A stretch of 64,000 bases of DNA from a virus. Shown here one piece after another: positions 39,493 through 49,635 of this stretch (its first letter is position 1; the number at the start of each line of letters is the position of its first letter). The translations under genes were made by a program, and so were the position numbers. The stretch is from positions 17,921 through 81,920 of the IMG/VR virus record IMGVR_UViG_3300035204_002571; one strand, written 5' to 3'. A model generated the notes under the pieces. The model worked only from the letters and a program-made list of their open reading frames with translations. It was not told the origin of the DNA and searched no databases.

Positions 39493-41009
39493 ATATATTA
39501 GATTCTTATAAAAAGAATAATTGGAAAACAAAGGGCGTAATGTTTTCTGATAAAAATATTATAATGAACTCAAAGTCTAAATTATCCTCAGAATTATCTA
39601 ATTTTAACTCTGTATCTATAAAGATAATTGGCAAAAAGATATCCGGAAATGGTCATCTAATTTTATCTATAAAAAATAAAAAGAATGAAATATTATTTTC
39701 TAAAAATGTAAATTTTACGAAAACATCTTGGTCGGAGCATTCTTTTAAATTTAAAAATAAAGTTGAAAATGGAGTATTAGAGCTGTCAAGGGGCAAGACA
39801 TCTTTCGGCAGAGTAGAGATAGGCAGAATCGTTTTAGATGATAATAGGCCAAAGGTTATGCCGAAGAAGAGAAGAGGCAATGATAGCCATTTTGATAATT
39901 ATTTAAATCTTTTAAGTCAATTTTCTTTAAAGAAGAAGGTTGCCGTAATTATTCCTTATGGAATATACGGAGGTGGAGAGGTATATTTGAAGAATATTTT
40001 TGCAAATACTAAAGATATTTTTAATATTGATTTTTTATATTTGTCAAAAAATACACTTAAGTTTGAAATGTCAAATACAAACATAAAACATAAAGACATT
40101 GGAAATTTAAATCGTCTATCTGCAACACTAGTCAACAATAGGTACGATACAGTTATTTTTTATAATAGCGCAAGAGTTTATAATGTAGTCTCAAAGCTGA
40201 AGGTGGAAGATAAAATAAATTCAAACATCATTGAAATATATCATAGTGATTTTCTTTGGCAGGATGCAGTCGCCAAGCTGAGAGAAAGGGTGGGTGTTGA
40301 CTTTATATTTAGAGTTAGTCAAAATTTAGCTGTTGATATCTTGGGCGTACCAGATGAAAGAAAGATGTTTGTTCCGGTAGGGATTGATACTAAGCTTTTT
40401 ATAAGAAAAGAAAATACAGAATTGAGAAGCAAGCTGGGGATTGATAAAAATAAAACTATATTTGGAATGGTGGCCAGATTGTCTCCTGAGAAAAATATAG
40501 AATATGCATTAAGGTTGGTTAAGGGATCAAGAGACATACATTTGCTAATTATAGGCTCAGGGCCATTATCCGGAGCGTTGCAAAGACTTGTTAAGGAAGA
40601 TAAGATAGATAATGTATCATTTTTGGGATATAAAAATAATGTTCAAGAATTTTATAATATTTTTGATGCATTTTTATTAACCTCAAAAATAGAGGGAACC
40701 CCAATATCAATTCTTGAAGCGATGTCATGCTCTTTGCCTATTTACTCAACAGATGCAGGGCAGATAAAGAATGATTTCGGTCATCTAGATAATTTTCATA
40801 TATTGAGTGGCTCCCCAGATGATGACAAAGAGTTCATAAAAAGACAAATAAATATGCCTAATTACTGTCAAAACCTAAGAGAGTATATAGTTGAAAATCA
40901 TAATATTGATATAGTCTCAAATAAGTTTTTTACAAATATTTTAAATGGTTCATTAAACTTTATAGAAAAAGATAAAGATACAGTTATAGTTTCTGGAGAA
41001 TATATATAA
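39489..41009 (+). CDS. GT4-like glycosyltransferase with extra N-terminal beta-rich (CBM-like) domain
   Basis: Start ATG 39489 (ATGA overlap). YGGGE, VPVGID, ARLSPEKN, TSKIEGTPISILEAM. ~130-aa beta-rich N-terminal extension. Confidence 0.85.
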   Translation: MNILDSYKKNNWKTKGVMFSDKNIIMNSKSKLSSELSNFNSVSIKIIGKKISGNGHLILSIKNKKNEILFSKNVNFTKTSWSEHSFKFKNKVENGVLELSRGKTSFGRVEIGRIVLDDNRPKVMPKKRRGNDSHFDNYLNLLSQFSLKKKVAVIIPYGIYGGGEVYLKNIFANTKDIFNIDFLYLSKNTLKFEMSNTNIKHKDIGNLNRLSATLVNNRYDTVIFYNSARVYNVVSKLKVEDKINSNIIEIYHSDFLWQDAVAKLRERVGVDFIFRVSQNLAVDILGVPDERKMFVPVGIDTKLFIRKENTELRSKLGIDKNKTIFGMVARLSPEKNIEYALRLVKGSRDIHLLIIGSGPLSGALQRLVKEDKIDNVSFLGYKNNVQEFYNIFDAFLLTSKIEGTPISILEAMSCSLPIYSTDAGQIKNDFGHLDNFHILSGSPDDDKEFIKRQINMPNYCQNLREYIVENHNIDIVSNKFFTNILNGSLNFIEKDKDTVIVSGEYI

Positions 41010-42130
41010 TGAGTAATGACTTTCCATCTATAAGATTTTTTGGACGGCCCCATGGGAAGGGAGGATATGGAAATGCCACGAGAAATATTTGCCTGGCCTT
41101 TTCCAGATCCGCTGTAAATACGAGGTTTGAACTAAAGGGTGACAAAAAATTTGTTGATAAAAACTTAAATAATTTTGATGGAACGCCAAAGGTTGACCTC
41201 TATCTTCATACTCCTCCGTTTTCAAGGCATAGATCAAATAATTATAAAATTGGATATTTTTATTGGGAGACAAGTATATTGCCGAAAAGTTGGGCAAAAG
41301 ATATTTGCAAGAATGTTAATGAACTCTGGGTGCCTTGCAACTTGACAAAGACGGCGTGTTTAAGAAGCGGCTTTAGTGGCCCTATAGAGATTCTTCATAC
41401 ACCATGTGATACTGATGTTTCTTTTTCCAATGTAGCGATACCATCTCCTATGACGGAAGAATTGATCTTGTCCGATAATACTTTTAAATTTTATTCTATT
41501 TTCCAATGGGGAGAGAGAAAGGGTTATACAGAGCTTTTAAAGTCTTACTATAAAGAATTTGATGGTGATGATAATGTTATTTTGATATTAAAAGTAAACC
41601 CAATAAGAAGTGATAAGAATAATATTGCAAAAATTAAATCAGATATTTTAAAGATTAAAAAGATGGTAAACAAAAAGAATTCTCCAAAAATATATCTGAT
41701 TACAGACCATCTGAACAAACAGGCTCTTATGGGCCTTCACAGGGCTTGTGACGCCTTTGTGCTCCCTCATCATGGCGAGGGCTGGGGGATGCCTATACAT
41801 GACGCTATGATGTGTGACAGTCACATTATAACTACATCATTTGGCGGCATAACAGAATTTTTAAATAATGACAATGCATTTGTAATAGATCACACTCTTG
41901 GGGCTGTAAAGCCGGTTAGCTGGAGTCCATGGTATCAGCCGTATCAGAAGTGGGCATACCCAAAGGTTCAGCACCTCAGAGTGCTTATGAGGAATCTTTA
42001 TGAAAACAAAGATAAGTACTCAAGCAAACTAGAGAGCGCAAGGGTTTTGGCAGCATCTTTGGATATAAAATCTTGCTCCGAAAGAATTGAGCAAATATTA
42101 TTACAAAAAAGATTTAAAAGGTTTTTATAA
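41009..42130 (+). CDS. Glycosyltransferase, GT-B (GT4-like), paralogue of 38407
   Basis: GGYGNA, FYWETSILP, GERKG, PHHGEGWGMPIHDAM. Confidence 0.88.
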   Translation: MSNDFPSIRFFGRPHGKGGYGNATRNICLAFSRSAVNTRFELKGDKKFVDKNLNNFDGTPKVDLYLHTPPFSRHRSNNYKIGYFYWETSILPKSWAKDICKNVNELWVPCNLTKTACLRSGFSGPIEILHTPCDTDVSFSNVAIPSPMTEELILSDNTFKFYSIFQWGERKGYTELLKSYYKEFDGDDNVILILKVNPIRSDKNNIAKIKSDILKIKKMVNKKNSPKIYLITDHLNKQALMGLHRACDAFVLPHHGEGWGMPIHDAMMCDSHIITTSFGGITEFLNNDNAFVIDHTLGAVKPVSWSPWYQPYQKWAYPKVQHLRVLMRNLYENKDKYSSKLESARVLAASLDIKSCSERIEQILLQKRFKRFL

Positions 42131-43062
42131 TGGCGAAAATATTAAAAATAGCAGACTGGCTGGTTCATGGCGGCCATCAATATGAGTTTTTTAAAACTAA
42201 TCATGTATTTTTCTGTACAAAGCCAAGCGGCTTCGCCCCAACTCCGCAAGATTTGGGTAGACCAAGAAATAAGAATGTAAATTATGTTACAGAAGCTAGG
42301 TTATCAAATGAGGCTTATGACATACTCATGGTAAGAACTGGCGTTAATCCTCATAAGTATAAAACACTTAGGTATAAAAGAGGAAATACCCCAGGGATTG
42401 CCGTTGTTCAGACGCACACTCCATCGTCATCTGTGCCGAAATGGGTAAGGTGTATGGTTTGGAATTCTAAAGATACAATGGTCAAATATATGCAAAAATT
42501 CCCGGGTAAAAAACATTTCTATATTCCACATGGATTTGATCCAAATGAGTTTGCAGATTTAAATGTAGAAAGAAACAATAGGGTTCTCAGCGCGGTAAGT
42601 GTTTTTGAAAAAAGAGGGAGCCTTTTGGGGTTTAATGAGTGGAGGTGGGTATCTAATAGGATTGGGAAGTGCGATTTGCTGGGTCACGGCAATGAAGATC
42701 TTAAAGAATCTATAGGATCATTTTCTTTGACCAAATTGGTTAGAAAATATAATAAATATGGTGTTTTTTTAAATACAACAACAAAAAGCGCCATGCCAAG
42801 AACTAGAGCTGAGGCTTTAATGTGCGGAACGCCATTAGTCACAACGAATAATTTTGGTATAAACAAGTATTTGACTCATGGCAAAAACTGCCTTTTTGCC
42901 AACACCAAAGAGGATATGCTTAAGTGTGTAAAAAAGGTCTTGGCATCAAAGAGCTTGCAGGAAGACTTGGGGGCTGCAGGTAGGGAGGCGGCAATTAAAC
43001 ATTTTCATATTAATTTGTATATTAAAAGATGGAATGAAGTATTCAAAGAGGCTCTTAGATGA
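42130..43062 (+). CDS. Glycosyltransferase, GT-B (GT4-like)
   Basis: IPHGFD, SAMPRTRAEALMCGTPLVTT, LGAAGREAAIKHF. Confidence 0.82.
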   Translation: MAKILKIADWLVHGGHQYEFFKTNHVFFCTKPSGFAPTPQDLGRPRNKNVNYVTEARLSNEAYDILMVRTGVNPHKYKTLRYKRGNTPGIAVVQTHTPSSSVPKWVRCMVWNSKDTMVKYMQKFPGKKHFYIPHGFDPNEFADLNVERNNRVLSAVSVFEKRGSLLGFNEWRWVSNRIGKCDLLGHGNEDLKESIGSFSLTKLVRKYNKYGVFLNTTTKSAMPRTRAEALMCGTPLVTTNNFGINKYLTHGKNCLFANTKEDMLKCVKKVLASKSLQEDLGAAGREAAIKHFHINLYIKRWNEVFKEALR

Positions 43063-43925
43063 AAAAGGTGCTTGCTATAACAGACTCCTATAATTGGGCC
43101 ACTTATTTTAGAGCAAAAAATTTAAAGGAGAATTTAAAAAAATATAATTTTCGAATTATATCATTTCATGATATAAAAAAAGTAAATTTTAATGATTTTG
43201 ACATTGTTTATGTTCTTAATTGGCCTATTTATGGCTATATAAGACATAAGATATCAAAAAATAGAAAATATAGACTTGTAACGGGCATATCTAGTCATAT
43301 TGGCAGGAAAAATGCAAAAGAAATGAAAACATTTTTTTCTATTTTTGATTCAATTGGGGTTTCAAACAAGTTTTTGTTTAAAGAGTTTAAAAACGCAAAT
43401 ATAAAAAATATTGTCTATACTCCGTTTGGCGTAAATCATAATATTTTCAAAAAAACAACAAATCCAAATGATTATAAGTTTATATTTGGTTGGGTCGGAA
43501 ACGATAAGAGGCCGGTTAAGAGATATGGCGAAATATGCAAAGTTTTTAAGCAATTAGGGCCAAAATATAAACTATTAACAGTCACTCAAGGGTCAGGGTT
43601 TTCGAGAGAAAAGATGGCGAAGTTTTACAATTCTATTAGCGCTATAATTTGTTATAGCGAATCAGAGGGGACTCCAAATCCTGTTTTAGAGGCGGCTATG
43701 TGTGGCAGGCCTGTTATCTCCACGCTTGTTGGAAATGTGCCTGAGCTCATGGAGGGTGTTAAAGGCTTTCGTCCTGTTAATTCTTATAAATCATTGCTGT
43801 CTGCTGTAGAGAGGTATGGGGATAGAGTTGATTTGAATAATATTGGATCACGAGTCGGCGCGGCAGCCCAAGACGACTGGACCTGGAAGATCAAGTCTAA
43901 AAACTTTGTAAGGCTTTTGGGATAA
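43059..43925 (+). CDS. Glycosyltransferase, GT-B (GT4-like)
   Basis: TPFGVN, GWVGN, SESEGTPNPVLEAAMCGRPVIST. Confidence 0.88.
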   Translation: MKKVLAITDSYNWATYFRAKNLKENLKKYNFRIISFHDIKKVNFNDFDIVYVLNWPIYGYIRHKISKNRKYRLVTGISSHIGRKNAKEMKTFFSIFDSIGVSNKFLFKEFKNANIKNIVYTPFGVNHNIFKKTTNPNDYKFIFGWVGNDKRPVKRYGEICKVFKQLGPKYKLLTVTQGSGFSREKMAKFYNSISAIICYSESEGTPNPVLEAAMCGRPVISTLVGNVPELMEGVKGFRPVNSYKSLLSAVERYGDRVDLNNIGSRVGAAAQDDWTWKIKSKNFVRLLG

Positions 43926-43927
43926 GT

Positions 43928-45013
43928 ATGAAGATTTTAATAGCATGTACCCAATACCCTTATCATGGTGGAGCTGCAACAAATTCATACGCCCTTGTGA
44001 AGGGTTTGAGAAAAAGAAAACATAGAGTATGTGGTCTATTTTTTGAAGATAGTCGGGCCAATTGTGATCCAGACAATATTGGAAAGATTATAAAATCAAG
44101 CTCTAAAATTGGAAGCTATAACCAATTGCGTAAAAAAATAATAAGAATGCTAGGCGGAAGTCCAGATATTATATTGGCTAAAAATTATGTTGCACCTATA
44201 TATTGCAGAAAGTTATTTCCGAATTCAAAAATAATTTATTTAGTATCTGGGGCTCCTATTATGATGCCTTTGTCTAAGGATAATATATCTGCGATTAGAT
44301 ATCTATCTATGGATAATTCAAAAATAAGGAAAAAGTATAGTAAAAACCTTCTTTCTCTAGAGAAGGGGGCTATAAGGGCTTGTGATGCAGTTATCTTGAA
44401 TAGCGGAATATCTAGAAAAGTTTTTTTAAAAACAAATGCTAAAAGCTTGCAAAATAGAAAAGTTTTTAAACCTTTAAATACCTCTATAGTTATAAACAGA
44501 AGAGGGAGGGGTACGAAGGCTAAAGATTTTAATAAGCGAGAGGTAGATATAGCCTTTATTTGTTCTAATTTTTCCAGAACAGTTAAGAACGCAGGATTTG
44601 CCAAGAAGCTTCTTCTTAACAAAAGGCTTGCCGGAAAAACCAAGCTTGTAGTTGGGCAAAACAGTAAAATGTTTGCAAATGTTCCAAATATTATAACTAA
44701 AGGTAAAGTGGGCAATAGTACAATTTTTAGTTACTTGAATAAAACAAAGCTAGTCATTTGTACGTCTTATTTTGATGCCTCGCCAAACATAATTAATGAA
44801 GCGCGAGCATCAGGCTGCAATGTTCTTGTGTCTAGAAACTGCGGCTGGCACAGAAGGTATGGAGCCAAAAGCGTGTGCAAAGATGTATATGGATTAAATG
44901 AGTGGATTAATAAAATTTTGTCATCATGCAAAGGGGAGATTGAATATCCAATCATACAGTCAGATAAAGATATTCTTATAGCATTGGAAAGCATGATCAA
45001 GGAGCTGCTATGA
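43928..45013 (+). CDS. Glycosyltransferase, GT-B (GT4-like)
   Basis: MKILIACTQYPYHGGAA, RTVKN, TSYFDASPNIINEARASGCNVL. Confidence 0.8.
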   Translation: MKILIACTQYPYHGGAATNSYALVKGLRKRKHRVCGLFFEDSRANCDPDNIGKIIKSSSKIGSYNQLRKKIIRMLGGSPDIILAKNYVAPIYCRKLFPNSKIIYLVSGAPIMMPLSKDNISAIRYLSMDNSKIRKKYSKNLLSLEKGAIRACDAVILNSGISRKVFLKTNAKSLQNRKVFKPLNTSIVINRRGRGTKAKDFNKREVDIAFICSNFSRTVKNAGFAKKLLLNKRLAGKTKLVVGQNSKMFANVPNIITKGKVGNSTIFSYLNKTKLVICTSYFDASPNIINEARASGCNVLVSRNCGWHRRYGAKSVCKDVYGLNEWINKILSSCKGEIEYPIIQSDKDILIALESMIKELL

Positions 45014-45075
45014 GTATAATTATAGGATGGCTGACCGGGCAAGCGGGTTTGAAAATTATGCCTGAAAGGTTGTGA
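45010..45075 (+). other. 21-codon translationally coupled mini-ORF (MSIIIGWLTGQAGLKIMPERL), possible gene remnant
   Basis: ATG overlaps the upstream stop (ATGA), with AGGAG just upstream. Fills the gap before 45082. Confidence 0.35.
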
Positions 45076-45081
45076 GAAACT

Positions 45082-46146
45082 ATGTTTGGTACTAAATTTT
45101 GGTATAAAAAGAAAAAAATATTATTTGTAGTAGATGTTCAAGGATGGGCATATGACGATAGAGCAAAAACATGGAAATCTTTGCTTAAAGATGAGTTTGA
45201 AATTGATATACTTAGATTGTCAGAGTTTCCAGTTGGAAGTTATAGTTCAGAGTTTTCAATTATAAATAGAAAAATTATAAATGCTGCCAATGAAGGGGTG
45301 CCCTTAAATTGTTCAAGAATTGTTACAGATCCTAGTTCTGTTAATTATTCTTTTTCAGATTTAGGTAAAATAAAAAAATTAAAACCAGTATTTGATCATA
45401 AAAAATATGATGGGATTGTTTTTTTCTATCATAAGGCGATTGCAGACAGAAGGCTTTTGGCAACTCCCTTTCCAATGAATAAGGTAGCGGTATGTATTAA
45501 TAATGAAAAGTGGAAAGAAGAAGGTGCAGAGTATTTTGCAAAAACTTTTTATTCAGAAGTAAAGATTTTGGTTGGATGTAATAAATATATAGTTGATTCT
45601 TTTTCTGGGCTTCATCCTAACGTAATGCGCGCTTCCCAATGTGTAGATAGTTCTGTCTTTTTTAAAGATAAAAATCTTAATACTAAGCCTAAAAGGAGAT
45701 TTACAGTTGGGTGGTCTGGCAACCATAGTAATCCGCTCAAAAGAGTTGAGTTAATAAAAAAGGCTTGTAACAAAGCAGGTGTAACATTATCTATAAAAAA
45801 AGATCTTAGTAGGAAGGATCTTAATGTTTGGTATAACAGTATTGATATAGTAATTTGTGCTAGTGAGTCTGAAGGAGGCCCTATGTTGTTGCTGGAGGCT
45901 GGCGCTGTTGGGGTGCCGGCCATTACAGCTAATGTGGGGCTCGCAAGAGAGATGGTGAGTCATGAAAAAAATGGTTTAATCTTGAAAGAAGGCAGCGTCA
46001 AAAACATAAAAGAACTTATTTTAAAATTAAAAAACAAACCAGATCTCGTAAAAGCTTATGGAAGAAGAGTTCATCAAGAGATTTTAAAAAATTGGACATA
46101 TGAGGCAAGGTTGCATGAGATCAGGGGGGTGTTGAGGGCGCTATGA
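45082..46146 (+). CDS. Glycosyltransferase, GT-B (GT4-like)
   Basis: ILFVVDVQGWAY, VGWSGN, ASESEGGPMLLLEAGAVGVPAIT, HEKNGLI. Confidence 0.88.
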   Translation: MFGTKFWYKKKKILFVVDVQGWAYDDRAKTWKSLLKDEFEIDILRLSEFPVGSYSSEFSIINRKIINAANEGVPLNCSRIVTDPSSVNYSFSDLGKIKKLKPVFDHKKYDGIVFFYHKAIADRRLLATPFPMNKVAVCINNEKWKEEGAEYFAKTFYSEVKILVGCNKYIVDSFSGLHPNVMRASQCVDSSVFFKDKNLNTKPKRRFTVGWSGNHSNPLKRVELIKKACNKAGVTLSIKKDLSRKDLNVWYNSIDIVICASESEGGPMLLLEAGAVGVPAITANVGLAREMVSHEKNGLILKEGSVKNIKELILKLKNKPDLVKAYGRRVHQEILKNWTYEARLHEIRGVLRAL

Positions 46147-47270
46147 AAATTAAAAAGAAAATAATAATTTATCCAAATCCAAGAAATAAAATAAAAATTA
46201 ATACACATCATGGCGTATGTGGCTTTTTTTTAAATAAGTATCTTTTAAAATATTATGATATTATACCCACAGAGGCATTAAGGTGGATTTCTAAGTCTGG
46301 AGGGGTAGGCCCGGGAACCAAGCAGTCAAATTTGTTGAATTTTGCACAAAAGGCTCATGAGCTAGGTGCGTCCCACGTTATATCTACGCAGCAGCGGGGT
46401 TTTACAAAAATATTTAAAAAACTATCTTCTAGTGATATAGGAAAAATAAGAAAAAGAAATAAAGGTGTAAGTTTTTGCTCAGTTCATGATCATTCTGGTC
46501 ATCGCAAGTTTGCTGAAGACGTACTGTTTGTGGCCCTACCCTTTGATGAGAAAAGGAGAAGGCAAATGCTTAAGGAGTCTGAGACAAAGCTGATTCATAC
46601 AGGATGGTGTGCAGATCATGCCATATTTAATGACAACAAGAATAAGCATGGTGATTTAAATATTGTTTTAGACCATGCTGCTTTGCAAGGTTTTAGAGCA
46701 GATGCAACAAGCTTATATGTTAAGCAGATTAAAAAATTAAAAAAGAATTATCCTAAAAAAGAGATAAACTTATGCAGAATAAAAGGTGGATTTGAGTTTT
46801 TTGACTTCAAGAGAGATGGCTGGACGCATGATCTAAAAAATAGATGGTGGAAATCAAAATATGATGATGGCTGGAAAAACGATAGTAGGTGTCATATCTT
46901 TCAAATAGCAGAATGTTTAAATGATTCGCATATTTTCTGTACTACACATGTTGAGAGTTGCGGGCTTACAGGAATAGAAGCTTTGATGTCAGGGTGCAAA
47001 GTATATATTCCAAGGGGCAAAGATACTTTTAATATGTGGGGAAGTGGTGGAAAAATGGGCAGCTATGAAGGCCCATTTCTAAAGAGCGCTTTATTGAAAC
47101 CATATATGGATTATAGTATTTTTAATTTTAATAATCCACAACAATGCTATAAGCTGTTTAAGCGTGATATTGATATATATAAAGTAAAATACAACAGAAA
47201 GCTGCTTATAGAGAAGAATTCTTGGAAGGCGGCTGCAAAGCAAATATATTTGGGGCTAGAATCAAAATGA
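46143..47270 (+). CDS. Putative glycosyltransferase, divergent GT-B
   Basis: THVESCGLTGIEALMSGC (EX7E) and terminal NSWKAAAKQI. Confidence 0.7.
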   Translation: MKIKKKIIIYPNPRNKIKINTHHGVCGFFLNKYLLKYYDIIPTEALRWISKSGGVGPGTKQSNLLNFAQKAHELGASHVISTQQRGFTKIFKKLSSSDIGKIRKRNKGVSFCSVHDHSGHRKFAEDVLFVALPFDEKRRRQMLKESETKLIHTGWCADHAIFNDNKNKHGDLNIVLDHAALQGFRADATSLYVKQIKKLKKNYPKKEINLCRIKGGFEFFDFKRDGWTHDLKNRWWKSKYDDGWKNDSRCHIFQIAECLNDSHIFCTTHVESCGLTGIEALMSGCKVYIPRGKDTFNMWGSGGKMGSYEGPFLKSALLKPYMDYSIFNFNNPQQCYKLFKRDIDIYKVKYNRKLLIEKNSWKAAAKQIYLGLESK

Positions 47271-48217
47271 AGATATTGTACTTGGATGATAAAAAGCATG
47301 GTTATAATTCGAATATACATCTTGATTTTTTTTCTTGGATGCAAAAAAAACATGAAATCATTGGAGTCGGCACATATTTGGGCGATAAGCTGAAGAGGTC
47401 TTATTGTCCAAGTGAAAAAAATATAAAAAAGCAAATAAATAGAATAATAAAAAAAGAACAACCCGATTTTGTTATAACTTATAACGCCGGAAGCAATAAT
47501 GCGTTTAGGCTTAAATGGTTAAACGAGGTTTTGCCGCAAATCGATTTGCCAAAATTTCATATTTCAACAGATTATTGTAGAAATAGATTTGAGCCTAATC
47601 AGGCTAAGTGGTTTGAGAAGATGGGATTTGCAGCTTCTTTGTTTAGACATAAGGTTTCTTTGAAACATCCATTAAATATTGATAAATATTGGTTTCCTTT
47701 TTCAATTAATACAGAAGAATATCAGGCTAATATTAATAAGAATATTTCAAATAAGGTAAAAAAAGTCGCATTTGTTGGAGCTTATAAAAAGTCTAAGGGA
47801 CTTTATAAGAAGAGGGTAGCGGCTATAGACTTCTTGCGGCAAAATAATTTTTTAAATGAATCTGTAGACAGAATTATTGGTTTGGACTTTATTCAATTTT
47901 GGAGCGAAAATATGTTTGGCTTAACCTGTAGTGGCGTTTGTAATTATTTTGTAGCCAAACATATACAGATACCTGCAGCATATAGTATGCTTGTTTGCGA
48001 TGGAACAGCCCCAGGTATTGAGACATTTCCAGAAGACACATATATAACTTATAATGCAGATAATATTAAAGAGCTTAAGCCAAAAATTCTTTATCATATA
48101 AATAATCCTAAAATTACTAAGAAAAAAATAGATATATTACATAAACATGTCTTAAGAAATCATAGTCATTCTCAAAGAGAAAGGGAGTTAGTTAAAATTG
48201 TCAAAAAATACTTGTAA
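47267..48217 (+). CDS. Putative glycosyltransferase (CgeB/Glyco_trans_1_2-like GT-B)
   Basis: Start ATG 47267 (ATGA overlap). WFPFSIN, VAFVGAY...YKKR, FVAKHIQIPA, HVLRNHSHSQR. Confidence 0.7.
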   Translation: MKILYLDDKKHGYNSNIHLDFFSWMQKKHEIIGVGTYLGDKLKRSYCPSEKNIKKQINRIIKKEQPDFVITYNAGSNNAFRLKWLNEVLPQIDLPKFHISTDYCRNRFEPNQAKWFEKMGFAASLFRHKVSLKHPLNIDKYWFPFSINTEEYQANINKNISNKVKKVAFVGAYKKSKGLYKKRVAAIDFLRQNNFLNESVDRIIGLDFIQFWSENMFGLTCSGVCNYFVAKHIQIPAAYSMLVCDGTAPGIETFPEDTYITYNADNIKELKPKILYHINNPKITKKKIDILHKHVLRNHSHSQRERELVKIVKKYL

Positions 48218-48224
48218 AGAATTT

Positions 48225-48857
48225 ATGATGAAAGCAGAGGAGGCGTCAAGACTTAAGCTGATAGAGCCAAATATGTTCCTAAAAGGAAGTGTAGCTATAG
48301 TGGGCTCTGGGGGCAGGCTGAGATACACCAAATATGGAGAGAAGATAGATGGATATGACCATGTGGTTAGGTTTAATCGAGCGCCAACGATAGGTTATGA
48401 AGATATGGTTGGAGGGAAAAGAACTCTAACGGTCGCTAATCGTCACGTATTTGGAAACAAACAGCTTAAAAGAAAGTCGGGCTGGGAACAAGAGGATCCC
48501 TATTTCATTAGGAATCTCAAAAATACGAATATTTTATATTTTGCAAGACCGCATAGGGTCTGGGACATCAGAGAGGAGAATGTGAGCCCAACAAGTCGAG
48601 TCTTTAAAGTTTCTAATTATAGCAAAATGGTCAAGCTTATAGAGTATCCTATAAAAAATCCTTCTGTAGGTTATGGGTTTGTTATGTTGTGTGTATGCTC
48701 TGGAATTAAGCCTCATCTGTATGGGTTTGATATAGATACAGATAGTAGGGATCATTATTGGGAAGAAAGAGATGAAGTTTTTACTCACAATATTTCTTAT
48801 GAACAGGAAAGGCTTGTTGAGCTACATGATGCAAAGAAGATCAAAATAAACAGTTAG
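48225..48857 (+). CDS. GT29 sialyltransferase-family protein 1 (soluble)
   Basis: Sialylmotif L (VAIVGSGG...GEKIDGYDHVVRFNRAPTIGYEDMVGGKRT), S (PSVG...PHLYGFD), III (HYWE) and VS (HNISYE). Confidence 0.85.
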   Translation: MMKAEEASRLKLIEPNMFLKGSVAIVGSGGRLRYTKYGEKIDGYDHVVRFNRAPTIGYEDMVGGKRTLTVANRHVFGNKQLKRKSGWEQEDPYFIRNLKNTNILYFARPHRVWDIREENVSPTSRVFKVSNYSKMVKLIEYPIKNPSVGYGFVMLCVCSGIKPHLYGFDIDTDSRDHYWEERDEVFTHNISYEQERLVELHDAKKIKINS

Positions 48858-48871
48858 ATTAAATAAATATG

Positions 48872-48892
48872 TTAATAATGAATATAATGATG
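48872..48892 (+). promoter_or_regulatory. Putative promoter motif TTAATAAT-N3-TATAATGATG (copy 1)
   Basis: Intergenic, contains TATAAT, 18/21 identical to 62679-62699. Confidence 0.55.
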
Positions 48893-48930
48893 AATCCAGG
48901 CAGTTAGCTAAAAGCAAGAAAAGGATATTA

Positions 48931-49635
48931 ATGAGTAGAATATTTAAAAACAAGACTACCAAGCTTAATGGCGTTATTAATCTTACTAATAAGAATGCGA
49001 CCGAATTATCAGGAAGAACTAGAAAGTATACTCTTCGGGAGAATGGCCGGCCTCACCCAAAGGTGGTCCGACAGTACGTTAAGATTATAGATATTTTAAA
49101 AATTAAGAATGAAGTAATATTAGATTTTGGGTGCTGTATGGGTCATGCTTCTTTTGTTTTTAAAGAAAGAACCCCTAAAGCTACTTACATAGGTGCAGAC
49201 TTAAATGCGGCAAACTTACTTGCGGGAAAGTCAGAGTATAATCCTAAATTTTTATATAAGGTAAAGTATACCGAGCCATGTTTAGATGGGATTAAGGATG
49301 ATTCAATAGATCTGATTATTGTTAGCAGGCTAACTGATTGGACGGAAGTTGATAATTTTTTTCCTGAATTTAATAGAGTGTTAAAAAAGGGTGGGCATTT
49401 ATTTGTTCGGTCAAACGGAGGAGGCTTGCGCGGAAAAGGTGGTCATGTGGTTTTAAAGCTAAAAGTTTATGAGTATCTTAAAAATGATTACAAATCATAC
49501 AGAACACCCGGGAGAGATCTAGAGGGGTTTGCACTGGCCTTGTGGGGCGATAAAAATAGATATAAAAATTTAAAAAAAGAGTTTACGAAAAAAGAATGGA
49601 AGAAAACTTTTAATGGAATTTTTATAAAAAAATGA
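48931..49635 (+). CDS. Class I SAM-dependent methyltransferase
   Basis: ILDFGCCMG (motif I), YIGADLN, DSIDLII, RVLKKGGHL. Confidence 0.85.
   Translation: MSRIFKNKTTKLNGVINLTNKNATELSGRTRKYTLRENGRPHPKVVRQYVKIIDILKIKNEVILDFGCCMGHASFVFKERTPKATYIGADLNAANLLAGKSEYNPKFLYKVKYTEPCLDGIKDDSIDLIIVSRLTDWTEVDNFFPEFNRVLKKGGHLFVRSNGGGLRGKGGHVVLKLKVYEYLKNDYKSYRTPGRDLEGFALALWGDKNRYKNLKKEFTKKEWKKTFNGIFIKK

Noticed and set aside
38407-48217. DNA hypermodification (T4-like glucosyltransferases)
   Set aside because: No hydroxymethylase, TET/JBP or nucleotide-modifying genes in view, and the enzyme diversity fits a complex glycan better. Cannot be fully excluded.
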